64,000 nucleotides of DNA, taken from Octopus sinensis. Its lineage: Eukaryota. Positions 41,268-54,175 of this stretch are shown here, one piece after another. The position numbers were made by a program, and so were the translations under genes. Numbering within the stretch: the stretch's first letter is position 1; each line of letters starts with the position of its first letter. The notes beneath the pieces are model-generated. The model did not search any database, was not told where the DNA came from, and saw only the letters and a list, made by a program, of their open reading frames with translations. The stretch spans positions 16,306,001-16,370,000 of the forward strand of contig NC_042998.1 of the NCBI RefSeq assembly GCF_006345805.1. Direction: 5' to 3'.

Positions 41268-43790
41268 TATTCCTGTCGTAGGATTGCAGCCATAATCTGC
41301 CTTCCTTCAATTTTGTTGTCTCTTAATCGCTGGGAGTTGGAATATAACTGGGCTGAACTTCTTTCAATGGTTTTCTGGTCCAGTATCATTATTGGAAGTT
41401 TTTCCAAAGCTTGTGTTTTAATGCTCCAGCACTGATCCCTTTTATATTTCGGATTTCCTTAGGTAGGCAGTGGAACAATTGAGGACATCTAGATATCAGA
41501 TTCGTACAACAGTATGATTTTGCTGGTGATATCTGAGGGGGAATATTTGGAAGGTGATAGTATTTACCCGTACGTGCATTAAAATACTCTCTAATTGTCG
41601 AAGTTTGGAACACGTCACTCTACGATTTACCATACGTATATAATAGAATATGTCTCTCTTCGGTATTCCATGCAGCAGAGACGCAGTGCTTTCCGACGTT
41701 CTCAGTAATTAAGGCTTTTAACCGAAGTTATTTTACTCGTGGACATTCATTATAACACTTCACTTTCTTCTGTGAGTCCGGATATGTTTGGAATTCAAAG
41801 TTGTGAGCTGTAATCTGATCTGTTCTGAAGTAAGGGTGTCTATAGAGTTAGTATAAACATCGGTTCTCTTGTCACGAAGATTCATATGAACCATCCCATG
41901 AGACGTACGTGTTTAAAGGTCAGTTTTGTGATATGACTGAAGAAAAATGCTTAATGGTTGCTTCAAAGTTTCCTATGCCATTAGCACTCTGAATCATTCT
42001 ATTATCTTGTGTCAGATATTGTGACTTGTGTGTGTTTCCTCCGTAATGAAGAACCTGAAACTTTGGTGCATTACGTTTCGTATTCTTTTTATCTGCCCAT
42101 TGATTAATGAGGTTTACCGCATCTTGAGTGTGATGGCAACTTCTGCTGTTTGGACATCTATGGAAATTTTTCATTCATTGGCGTGTCTCGCTAGGTTGAA
42201 AGATTACACCTGTGATCTTGGAATTGATAGAGAGATAATAGATAATCATGTTCCAAGAATCTTGCACCGACATATACCACTTATTACGGGTGAATTTGCT
42301 GAAAAAAACCCCACCTGCAGCAACATTGATTATTTCTCCGAAAGAAGTGAAGTAGGCATTCTACGAGTTTTCCAGGAATGCAAAGATCCCTTGACCTATG
42401 ACAGATGATTCCTTGAACAATCTTGTAAAACGCTTTAGCAAAATCAATGTGACTGCAGTCGATGTCCTCTCCTCTAGAGAGATTGTTGAAAATAGCGTTA
42501 TGGTGCCGTAACAAAAAAGTTAGGCAACATCGTCCACTCCGAAAACCATGCTGTGTATCAACTAAGTTGTTTTCTTCAAGGTGCGTAATTAGTCTCTCTC
42601 GGTCAATGAGTTCGACAATTTTAAAGGTGTGAAATTTGAAAGAAGTGGGGTTATAGTTTTAGCTTCAGCCCTGTTACCTGCTTTGTGTATAGGTTTTACA
42701 CTTGCGATTTTCAACAGTTTTAGAATTATACCAGTATCCAGCGACTTTTGAAATAGCATATTTAATGCTCTCATGAGTATGTTTCAGTACATTTTTTACA
42801 GAATGACTGGGAGACCATCTGATCCAGATGATGAGTTTCAATCTACTTCGTTAATAGCTCTATGTACATTATCATCTGTAGTTTCATAACTTTCTAGACG
42901 TGTCTCTGCAGTTGATATCCGGGGATCAAAAGATTCCTTTCTACTATATTATTAATTATAGTTTCCAAGAAAGTATTGTTATATTATTGATTCAAGAGGA
43001 TGCATGTTTGTGATGACTGATTTGTCTATGATCCATTTTGGTTCATTAGAGTTCCAATCTGGTTATGTGTACATACTATTTTTTTTACCAACTGCAAAAA
43101 GAACTGAGGAATAGATTTTGATATTCTCCACTGTTTTGTGTCCCTTTAGCGAATATTTTGTAAAATATATTTTTTACGTGCAATGTTCTTCCTTTTTTAT
43201 TCTAATTTACTTCGCTATCCCATGTTAAGAGAGTTAGTTTTGTTTTTATTTGGTACTGCTACGCTGTTGTATCCGTCTCATAGAATATTTTTCTTGCGGG
43301 AACAGGCGTGTTTATATGTTGTATGCTTTCGACAGATTTTGATTATATCTTCGCAGAGGAATTGTATTTCTTCCTTAATATTGAGGTTGCCAATATACTG
43401 AGAACAGTTTCTTTTTAAGATTTCAGTTTCTGTTTCCTTCTTCTTGACCCTCCTGAAAGTGAAGTTCATGAGCCAGGTTTGATGTTATTTGTGTGTGATG
43501 ATCCCTTTGAATCATATACACATATCTGTATAATGCTGTAATCACAAATATCTGTCAGAATGACATGTATATTGTAAAGGAAGTCTGTATTTGTGGTAAT
43601 GAATAGGTTGAGTATTTTATTCCTCTATCTGGAGGCATATCAGCAAGACAGTTTTCACTTATCTTTCAGAAAGAACTTTTTGAAAGTCAGTACCAGAAGA
43701 CTGAGGATCAGGTTTGACTGAGTATCTTCTGACTGTTTTCACTTGTAGAAACTTTGGAAATCTCATGTATTTCGTAAGTGAGCAGGACGT
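41268..43790 (-). mobile_element. Old, heavily decayed CR1-like LINE (APE end to 3' end)
   Basis: LFQKSLDTGII...ASVKPIHKAG, DCSHIDFAKAF, INQWADK, PQLFHCLPKEIRNI in several frames; degenerate tail ATGGCTGCAATCCTACGACAGGAA. Confidence 0.85.
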
Positions 43791-43977
43791 TCATTTACAA
43801 ACTGCATTACTCGCACTCAGACCGACGCATACACGGAGCATACAACCCATATAATGATGCACACATGCATACACATGTACACAGCACATATTAAAGCACA
43901 CACACCAACACACACACATGCGCGCAACAACTAACACCGAAAACGAACAAATGAGTGGCAAAAATTTACCGTATATT

Positions 43978-44325
43978 TTTCGTATGAATTACGGAGATGT
44001 ACTTGCATAGCAAGTGATTTGATCTGAGATCGTGTGCTCAAACGAAAACAATTGCAGCGGGGAAGGTGTTTGTAAGCCACTTAAGAAACACACAAAAGCC
44101 GTTCGATTCACTTCAACATTTAAGTTTAATTTGTCAACATATTTTCGTCGCTTTAAAACCGCGACCGTGCTGCACGGATTTTTGTCAGTGAACAGGTCGC
44201 GGTCTTAAAGCGACGAAAATATTTTGACAAATTAAACTTAAATGTTGAAGTGAATCGAACGGCTTTTGTGTGTTTCTTAAATGGCTTACAAACACCTTCC
44301 ACTCTGCAATTGGTTTCGTATGAAT
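43978..44325 (+). mobile_element. Fold-back element with hammerhead fold, copy 2, flanked by a 12-bp direct repeat
   Basis: Arms ~44042-44166 and ~44195-44319; TTTCGTATGAAT at 43978-43989 and 44314-44325. Confidence 0.9.
44181..44231 (+). ncRNA. Type I hammerhead with G3:C8 variant core
   Basis: TTTGTCA-GTGAACA-G-GTCGC-GGTCTTAAA-GCGAC-GAA-AATATT-T-TGACAAA; perfect 7-bp stem I and 5-bp stem II. Confidence 0.72.
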
Positions 44326-44516
44326 ATCAATCTGAAAATGTATTTATTTCCGCATATCTTCGTCATTCCATCCATGGCTTGGTCTCCTACAAGTTCGCGT
44401 GAATATATATATTTTCATGACATAGCTTTTCAATAAAATAATTAAAAGAAGACTTCTGATAATGATAATAATAATAATAATAATAATAACAACAACAACA
44501 ACAACAATAATAATAA

Positions 44517-44581
<65 letters not shown>

Positions 44582-45189
44582 TAATAATAATAAATAATAA
44601 TAATAACAATAATTATAACAACAACAACAGCAACTACGGCAAAACCAATAATAATAAGAATAGCTATGACTTTTCTTTCCCTTATTGCTCTTTATTTATT
44701 TATTTATTTATTTGTCTCTCCGCCGTTCTTACCTAAAACGTTTCTTTTCCTTGAAAGAGAAATATTTCCGTCTTTATTTTTATTTCTTTGTAAACTCCCT
44801 CTCCCTCTCTTTCTCTCTTTTTCTTACTCCGGCAGCAACTGTAGGTGACAGCACCAAGAGTTGCCAGTCATATTTCCCACGCTTGTTTTTAATAAAGGAT
44901 TAACAAGAAAATATTCTTAAAAGCTTCAGCTGCGACAGCAACAACATGAGCCACAGGTTCTGAACTCACTGACCTCGTAACTGTCCACCGGTAGTAAAAC
45001 ATTCTTTCTTCGCCTCATTCAAGTGAATGACAATGGCGGCAAAACTTATATATCCATTAAGCATGTCCTCCGCCTCCTCCTTATTAACGACGCTATCATC
45101 ATCATTACCGTCGTCCGCATGATGATTATATTTATTATCTACTAACACTGCTGCTACAACAACAACAGCAATTACTACTACTAATACCT

Positions 45190-45418
45190 ATTTCTTTATT
45201 ACCCACAAGGGGCTAAACATAGAGGGGACAAACAAGGACAGATATAGGTATTAAGTCGATTACATCGACCGCAGTGCGTAACTGGTACTTAATTTATCGA
45301 CCCCGAAAGGATGAAAGGTACAGTCGACCACGGCGGAATTTGAACTCAGAACGTAGTGGCAGACGAAATACTGCTAAGCATTTCGCCCGGCGTGCTAACG
45401 TTTCTGCCAGCTCGCCCA
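45190..45418 (-). mobile_element. tRNA-derived SINE, family B
   Basis: Minus strand GGCGAGCTGGCAGAAACGTTAGC...GAGTTCAAATTCC (B-box-like), central CCTTTCATCCTTTCGGGGTCGATAAATTAAGTACC, tail ending AATAAAGAAATA. Confidence 0.88.
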
Positions 45419-45558
45419 CCGCCGTCGCTACTTCTACTTCCCCTTCTTCTTCTTCTTCTTCTTCTTCTTCTTCTTCTTCTTCTTCTTCTTCTTCTTCTTC
45501 TTCTTCTTCTTCTTCTTCTTCTTCTTCTTCTTCTTCTTCTTCTTCAACTACTACTACA

Positions 45559-45607
<49 letters not shown>

Positions 45608-45867
45608 GCAACACAAAACAGACATCCTATTTTCCATTCCATCACCCTTGCAAAACAACAATAAAACCAAGCATATCGCTTCCTCGGTTTATTAAGTTAT
45701 GACGTTCCATTAACTATCAGTTTCCCATCCGCATATGGAAGATGCCAAAATAAACCATGAAGCACAAAGAAAACTTGTTACAATCTAGGGGTTGAAATTC
45801 TGCTTCTATTGAGGACGCGAAAGCTTATGTTTAACTTGCGAACACATCCCTAATCTAAAATCACATA

Positions 45868-46032
45868 GGCGCAGGAGTGGCTGTGTGGTAAGTAGCTTGC
45901 TAACCAACCACATGGTTCCGGGTTCAGTCCCACTGCGTGGCATCTTGGGCAAGTGTCTTCTGCTATAGCCTCGGGCCGACCAATGCATTGTGAGTGGATT
46001 TGGTAGACGGAAACTGAAAGAAGCCTGTCGTA

Positions 46033-46087
<55 letters not shown>

Positions 46088-46298
46088 TTGTGTATGTTTG
46101 TGTGTCTGTGTTTGTCCCCCTAGCATTGCTTGACAACCGATGCTGGTGTGTTTATGTCCCCGTCACCTAGCGGTTCGACAAAGAGACCGATAGAATAAGT
46201 ACTGGGCTTACAAAGTATAAGTCCCGGGGTCGATTTGCTCGACTAAAGACGGTGCTCCAGCATGGCCGCAGTCAAATGACTGAAACAAGTAAAAAGAG
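45868..46298 (+). mobile_element. SINE family A, full length with expanded internal (TA)n
   Basis: Same head, core and tail as the 15359 copy. Confidence 0.92.
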
Positions 46299-47385
46299 GA
46301 AAGAGAAAAAGGCCCTAATAGCCGTCACCACTAGGGAACTTGAGAGAACTACTATCAAATTCACATTTAGTTTCATAGACAAAAGAAGAACCTGAATCTA
46401 CCATAGAGTCCACATATAGGAAATAACGTTGAAATGATCCACAACATATGCTCAAGGATCCTTAAAACATACTTGTTCAGGGTTAATGATGCTACCATCT
46501 CTCTCGGATTTAACCTTTTTGGCTTCCACTTTTCATTTTTCAATTGTTTGTTCCAGCTGATTTCATATTTGATGAGTTGATGTAGTTAAGCATGGTAATA
46601 ATTGATATGAAAGTCAATTTCACCATAAATCAATAAATAAAGCGCTAATAGCATTTAGCGTTTTCTAATTTTGGGTAATTTTATTCAATCGAAAGACAGA
46701 TATATATGCATCTGCTTCCATAGTAACAAACTAAGCTGATACAAAACTGCTTAACCACGTGGTCATTTTTTCTTCTTAAATGTTTAAAACACATGAGGTA
46801 TGAAGTAGTCGTGAGATGTGTAAAATAATAGGGCTTAAATCACGCACCAATTTCTTTTTTTTTTTTTTGGTAGGGAAATTTCGTATGAATTTCCGTGTGT
46901 ACAATAAAAATACGAAAATAAAGGGGATTATAGGGTGTGCATAAAGCAGAATTCCGCTAATATTTCGCTTTTTTATAGTTGGCAACACGAGCAGCAACGC
47001 ACAAAATGAAAGCTTTATAATCCTGTTTTACTCAATGGGTAAAGATTATCAATTTTTAAACTTCACCAAGGTTTTTATTGTTCTGGAAAAAGTGAATTAG
47101 CTCCTAAGTTTCTGCGTGGATACTTACATCATTAAACCTAACTTTAAAATTTTCACTAAACATTAAAATTCACGCAGATACAGTTAAATAGCAAAGATAC
47201 TCCTCTATTCTACACTTATCGCTCTAGCCATAAATACTATAAACAATGCTAGACTCCCTGAAGAAATTGCTTTATGAGAACTGAAGGAAACCAGTGTTCA
47301 ATAACACACTTACATGCGCAGACAATCGTCAGGACATACGAATATATGTGTATGAATGTGTGTGTGTGTGTGTTTTGTGTGTGTG

Positions 47386-47435
<50 letters not shown>

Positions 47436-47960
47436 TGGGTGTGTGTGTGTCTTAAATAAAATGAGACAACAAAACCACGGCTGTGTAGATATTAATAAAG
47501 AGAAAGGTAGTCTTACTGCTGTTTCAAGGATATTTCTCTTATCCCCCTGAACTTCAACCTACCATGGTTTTATGAAATTTTTCACATATTTTTAATTGAG
47601 GGAAGTAAATTAAAGAACATAATTTTAGTTGATTGATATTATATTTAGGTTTTTATTCACATGATACGCTTTAGAATTATTAGTCGATTGTATATACCTT
47701 CTTGATAGACCGTTCTATTTTATTCGTATTTTGATAAGCGTATATATCTTTTACCTTCTGTGTTTTTTTATATATCCATTCTTTTTATATGTTAAAGGCC
47801 GATCCGGTTCTTGACTGAAGATTGAAGGCTTCGAACGTCCCGTCTTTTTTTTTCGTATCGTCTTGTAAATGTTTTGCGTTCTTGTCCCAGTTTGTATTTT
47901 TTTACATATATATATATATATATAGCGTCGCACGTACCCTTTTGTCTTATATGTAAGTAC

Positions 47961-47991
<31 letters not shown>

Positions 47992-48259
47992 ATATGTATA
48001 TACGGGCACATACATACATGCTTCTATATGTATTATTAAAAATTTAAAAGTTTAAGAAATAAGACATTGGAAAGTCAAACAAGGTTGTTGTATATTACCT
48101 AAGGAGTGTTTGGTATATATAGCGTGGGGATTAAGGTTGCATTTAGATTTTTGGTAAAATTTTAAGGTATAAAGAAAGCAAGTACCGTGGGCCTCATTAT
48201 ACTTATTTATTAGCACTGAAGAGTTATGTTTTAAAATAAGGAAGGCCTCTTTTAGTCAT

Positions 48260-48600
48260 AGATTACAGGCTGAGCGTTGACCCTGTAATGGAAATTCCGA
48301 TTTTGTTATGGACCATGACAAGTATTTGGAATATTCCTATTTTTGAGATGATGTGTATGACTGGCGAGTGTTGAGGATTTACTGTATTGCTCATATATAA
48401 AAGAAGTGAAATGCACAGCGTATAGTTGTTTATAATATTATAGTTGGTCCTATATATGGTTGTAGAATTGTGTAGCGTGTCGAGAACGGAGCGTTTGTAA
48501 ATTACGTTCGACCAAGGCTGTGTGGAATGTATAAGATATTTATAAAAAAGAACAGTAGTCTTACAAATGTTTCTGGGGTATTGGGGATATCCTTTCATCA
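48260..48600 (-). pseudogene. Possible decayed GIY-YIG (Penelope-like) remnant
   Basis: SNVIYK followed after a frameshift by PYIGPT; weak. Confidence 0.35.
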
Positions 48601-48884
48601 GAGACGATATGAAAGAGTTAACTAGAAGGAAATAATCGAGTTCAATATGAGGAGTTATTTTAGAAAAGGATGGATATAGGATGTATAAAGGAAAATAAGA
48701 GTAGTAAAATGTAAGTAATCAGCATAATAAGTTGGAATTTTCCTTGATATTTTGAGAATGAATCAGCAAATTATTGTTTGGATTCCTGCTGTACTGCATA
48801 TATCTCATGAACTATACATACAACAGATACTCAAAACACCTCGTCTATTTTCATAAATGCATAATAATTTTTGTATTTTTTCAC

Positions 48885-49150
48885 CGGAAACTGAAAGAAG
48901 CCTGTCGTATATATGTATATATATATGTATGTGTGTGTATGTGTTTGTGTGTCTGTGTTTGTCTCCCTAGCATTGCTTGACAACCGATGCTGGTGTGTTT
49001 ACGTCCCCGTCACTTAGCGGTTCGGCAAAAGAGACTGATAGAATAAGTACTGGGCTTACAAAGAATAAGTCCCGGGGTCGATTTGCTCGACTAAATGTGG
49101 TGCTCCAGCATTGCCGCAGTCAAATGACTGAAACAGGTAAAAGTAAAAGT
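48885..49150 (+). mobile_element. SINE family A, 5'-truncated
   Basis: Begins at GGAAACTGAAAGAAGCC and ends with the family tail. Confidence 0.9.
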
Positions 49151-49776
49151 AAGTAAGTATACAAACATACGTCATGTTCATGTATGTTTCTTTCTATATC
49201 TGTGCAGTTATATTTCTGCAGTGGTTTTGGGAATTTAAGTTTTCTGAACGTGAATAAAAATACATTCATATGCAGATGTATTCGGAGGAGCAATATCAGT
49301 AATACTATGAGACGATTTCATGAAAGCATAAGCTATACATAAACTAGCCCATTTAAGTATCAACAGGTTATCATTGATAATATAAATTTTCGTTTCGCAA
49401 AAGAAACAAATTCAAAATATATCTAGATGAATAAAATCTAATTAAAATTAAGAAACTGACAGATTCAATCACAGGATATAAGAGAATTACTCAAAAAGAA
49501 TGTAGGGCAGCCAAACTAATACAAGATTGAAATTTAATGAAGAGGAAACAAGAAGAAAAACACAACTCTGTTGAAGTACATTAAATCGCAAGTTTTAGAA
49601 TTTTATGATAAAACAACAAATTAAACTTGTCTATTGTTAGTGTCGAGACATCTACTGGACATCAATTATTTAAAAGTACTTTTATGGCAATATATATAAA
49701 AACTGTTACTTTATCTCTGTTTCTGTATGTACGTGTATGTGTATGTAAGCATGTATGTATGCATGCATATATATAT

Positions 49777-49807
<31 letters not shown>

Positions 49808-49841
49808 TTATAATTTATATATATATAGATAAATATATATG

Positions 49842-49881
<40 letters not shown>

Positions 49882-49901
49882 GTATACATACGTATATGAA
49901 T

Positions 49902-49933
<32 letters not shown>

Positions 49934-50316
49934 ATATATATATATATACATACATATATATATATACACATACAGACATATATAAATATATATATATGTG
50001 TGTGTGGTGTGTGTATGTATGTAGATACCTATAAACTGTTTATAACTTCTCGATTGTCTGTATAAATTGGAAAGTATTTTCAGAGAGTTTCCGATTTACA
50101 TTTTCCAAATTACGACGCTAGTATTTAATTTGAAAAAAACTATTCAATGTTATATTTATGACGATACACTCTATCTATATATTTCTGAGTGAATTTTCAT
50201 GCTATTATGTACTTCCAGATGAAAATTAGATAAAAAGGAAAAAAAAAAATGAAGCTGAGACACGATGCTCTAGTGACAAATTCCTCTGCAATAATAGAAA
50301 TATAGTACGGAGCATT

Positions 50317-50416
50317 NNNNNNNNNNNNNNNNNNNNNNNNNNNNNNNNNNNNNNNNNNNNNNNNNNNNNNNNNNNNNNNNNNNNNNNNNNNNNNNNNNNN
50401 NNNNNNNNNNNNNNNN
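50317..50416. other. Assembly gap (100 N)
   Basis: Run of exactly 100 N, typical of a placeholder scaffold join. Confidence 0.99.
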
Positions 50417-53400
50417 TACGCTAGATCTTAGGTAAGACACTTAGGCAGGTCCCGGATACTTGGACTAAACCGCGTCTTTCCAGCGAGACAAGTTGTGTAA
50501 GAGACCGGAGGATTAGCACATAGTACAAGAGGGCTTGACGGGAGCCATCATCAACACACAAATGTTGGTTTGCCCTCAAGAAGAGCAGTACAAGCAGAGA
50601 GAAGCGATTAGTACAGCAAAGCACTAGCCATAGATAGAAATAGAGTAGAGGGTGAGCTAGTTAAGAAGCTAGAAGAGGCAATTAGAAGCGGCATCGCATC
50701 CGACGTTTTGGCGGCGAGGTTGGGCCCTCGACCAACACTTCAACGCCAAACACGAAGGATGTGCTGTCAGAGCTAGGATGCGTGCTCTAAGGAACGAAGG
50801 TGTTGGAGCCGCGAGAGAGGCCCGGGTGGCAGAGGCGCAACAGGGCAACAAAGCCACCATTCGGTCACTGGTAGATGAACAGGGGCGCGAATTGCTCGAG
50901 CCAAGTAAAATGTGTGAGGCCTTCAGCAGCATTTTGCCCGACTGTTCGGAACGAGTGGAGGGCAAGAACGTAGGGTGGACTTCAGTGCCTACCTACATAG
51001 CCTACCACGACTCTCGACAAGAAAGCAGGTGCTGCGAAGGTGCCATCACGGCGGCGGAAGTGCGGGAAGCGATGGCAGAATGCTCGAGGGACAAATCACC
51101 GGGTTTGGATGGTCTACCCTACGAGCTTTACAATTGTATGCCAGACTTGTTTGGAGATCTCTTGGCGGCGGTGTACTGCAACTGGCAGCAAAACGGAGCA
51201 TTCCTGGTTTTGTGAGCCGAGGAGCCGTAACACTGCTGAAGAAAGATCTAAACAAGGGAAATGTAATAGATAACTTTAGGCCCATCACTCTGCTTAATCA
51301 GACTTGAAAATTTTGGCCAAGGTGTTAGCCAAGAGGTTGGCGCTTGTCATCGAGAAACTGGTCGACAAGGCGCAAACATGCGCCGTGCCAGGCCGGACCA
51401 TCCATGACAACCTCCATCTGATGCGCTACATCATAGACAGGGTAGTTAACGACCTGGCATGGGTGGGGCCCTGATCAACTTGATCAATCAAAAGCCTTTG
51501 ATAGGGTAGACCATCGATACTTGGAGGCAGTCCTGAGAGCGGCTGGTTTCGGGCCCGTCTTCCGCGGCTGGATAGCTGCCTTGTACAGAGGCATCCGTTC
51601 GTAATTCGCGTAAATGGACATCTATCGAGACCTTTCGACATTGCACGTTCGGTCCGTCAGGATGCCCCCTCTCGGCGCTTCTATACGTATTGACTCTTGA
51701 GCCACTACTGCGGAAGCTGGCGACTCTAAGGGGCATCCCGCTAGAATTGGGATGCGGGACGAGCGTGTCTGCATACGCGGACGACGTCACCGTCATAGTG
51801 TCTAGCACGAGCACATCGAGCTGGTCGGCGAGACACTGAAAACTACGAAGCGGTGACAGGAGCGAAAATCACCGGGAAAAGTCAGTGGGGCTTGCGACTA
51901 GGCACCTGGAGAAGCAAGCCCATGCCGTCCACCAGCGCCTCCGTCGTGGGACGCTGGACCGACGGCCCGGTTGAGTTGCTCGGGGTCTGGTTTGGTCCGG
52001 ACCTCCAAGTGGAGAAGAACTGGAACGAGATAACGAGTAGGGTGGTCACTCTCGCCCGCAATGGGCCGAGAGGAAACTGTCCCTAAAAGGTCGAGCGGAG
52101 GTGGCGAACACGTACATCGCGTCCGTCATCTACTACCGCCTGACCGTCGTACCTTGTCCCGACCCTACCATCACCAAACTACACGCATCCTCTTTCGCTT
52201 CTTGTGGAAAGGATGCGTCCCGATGGTCAGGCGATCCATTTGCTGTCAACACCCGTTAAAAGGAGGGCTGGGCATGCCGTGGTTGATGATGCGCAGACAC
52301 GCGCTGAGACTGCGACATCTCTGGCTCTATGTAGACGACGGTGAACAGGTGTGGTCGCCGTTTGTGAGGCACGCTTTCCCGCAGCTCGTCTCCATGACCG
52401 AACTGCAGTCGTGGATCAAAAGAGGCCGAGGAAGGGCGAATGGCACCGCGAGTGTCGCGTTGCTCTCAAGCAACTCTGCCGTCCTGGGTCGACCTTAAGT
52501 GACTTCAACACAACCAAAGCATTCTATAGGGGCTTAGTGGAGGGAGGTACGACGACGAGCTCGGGGCGAACCTGGACGTCGACGAGGAGTACCTGACCCG
52601 CCTGTTCGGACGACTTTCGGGCCAGGCCCATGGACAACTTCCAGAGATCCCTGGCCTGGCAGTGCTACCGAGAAGCGCTACCCGTTCGGGATAAGCTCTA
52701 CAGACACGCTCGAGAAACACGGGGCCGACCTGCCCGAGATGCGGTCAGAGCGACGAAACCGTTCTGCACGCACTCGTCCAGTGTCCAACAATTTCCGACC
52801 TGTGGGCTTATGTCGAACAACTGCTGTCACGTGTGGGACGAGTCGGTTTATCAGCTGAGTCTATCGTCAATATTGTCACGCCTCCTTCCTTCAAACGGGA
52901 AGGAAGAGCTATTTTCATCATCCTTGTGGCTATGGCGAAAAATGTATCTGGTGGACGCGTCTGAAAGGATTGGAGACAAACACTTTCCTCTCTGGTCAAT
53001 CTCTCATCAACTTCTTCAAGTACCACTTGAAAAGGAAAGTGAGAGTAGAGAGGGAAGTTTTGTCTAGCGAATGTTTTAAAAAAAAGATGGGTGAATGTAG
53101 CAAGAATGGCACGTATTAATGACGAAGCCCCTTGAGCATAGTCCTATGAACCCGAAATCGAAAACAGAGAGTTGCTTATTTGCAAAAAAAAAAAAAAAAA
53201 AAAGAAATATAAATGTGACTTCATTGACCGAGGTTACCGTGGTCTTTTCCGTAGTCTTTTCTTTCCACGGGTAAACCTCACCTGTCCTCCCCTTTACACT
53301 TGATATTGACATTTCTGTGATAACGATCCCTATTGATCATATTTTTTCCTCCCCCCCCCCCTTTTTTTTTTTTTTTTTTTAACCCCCCTTATTTTTGTCC

Positions 53401-53444
53401 TCTTTCTCTCTTTTTACGATCCCTTTTGATCGAACCTCCCCCTT

Positions 53445-53479
<35 letters not shown>

Positions 53480-53556
53480 CTAATACCTTCAAAAGAAAAG
53501 CTCTACCTTGTAATTTGTTCTATCTGTGTGCAGCCCTGTGTGGCTAATAAAGAAAC
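50417..53556 (+). mobile_element. Tx1/L1-clade LINE: ORF2 (linker, RT, CCHC) and 3' UTR, many 1-nt frameshifts
   Basis: KSPGLDGLPYELY, NFRPITLLN, GRTIHDNL, DQSKAFDRVDH, RQGCPLS, AYADDVTV, CPRCGQSDETVLHALVQC; ends AATAAAGAAACA then (TATC)n. Confidence 0.92.
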
Positions 53557-53557
53557 A

Positions 53558-53604
<47 letters not shown>

Positions 53605-54059
53605 ATATATATAATATATATATATCGCTATATAAGTGTAAATATGTTTGTGAACATACGTTTGCGCCCATTTTTACCTATTTAGATGTATGTCCGAATA
53701 TATATCTGTACATGCCCGTGTATACGTATATGTATATATGCGTCTGTGTGCCTTTAACTATATAAGTATATAGGTGCGTGTTTGTGCTTGTGTGTGTGAA
53801 TGTATGCATATGTATATATATATACATGTGTTTATATATATCTGTGTATACACATGCATCTGTATCTGGGTATATGTGTAGGTGTATATGTATGTATATA
53901 TATGTATACGTGAGTATGTGTACTCGTATGTGTATCTGTAAGAAAGCGTACGTACGATTTTACTTCTAGGTATCCACATCAAGTGGTATGTATGTATATA
54001 GAAATACACATGCGTGTATGTTTGTGTACATATATATGTATATAAAGTTAATCCAAACA

Positions 54060-54175
54060 ACAAAGCACAAAAAATAACACAACAACGCGAGGACGTGGAA
54101 CAGATATAGTATTATTGGACGCTCAGGAAAGAAGGAAAGAAGGAGGGTTTAACGTTTCGTCGGAAACATAGGAGA
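54060..54175 (-). mobile_element. Penelope-type pseudo-LTR fragment
   Basis: Minus strand CGAAACGTTAAA...TCCTGAGCGTCCAATAATAC...TTCCACGTCCTCGCG parallels 29090-29175; ribozyme 5' half absent. Confidence 0.55.

Noticed and set aside
47810-47845. CTGAAGA-TT-GAAG-G-CTTC-GAACGTC hammerhead-like string
   Set aside because: One A of GAAA is missing and stem I does not pair; at best a dead remnant.
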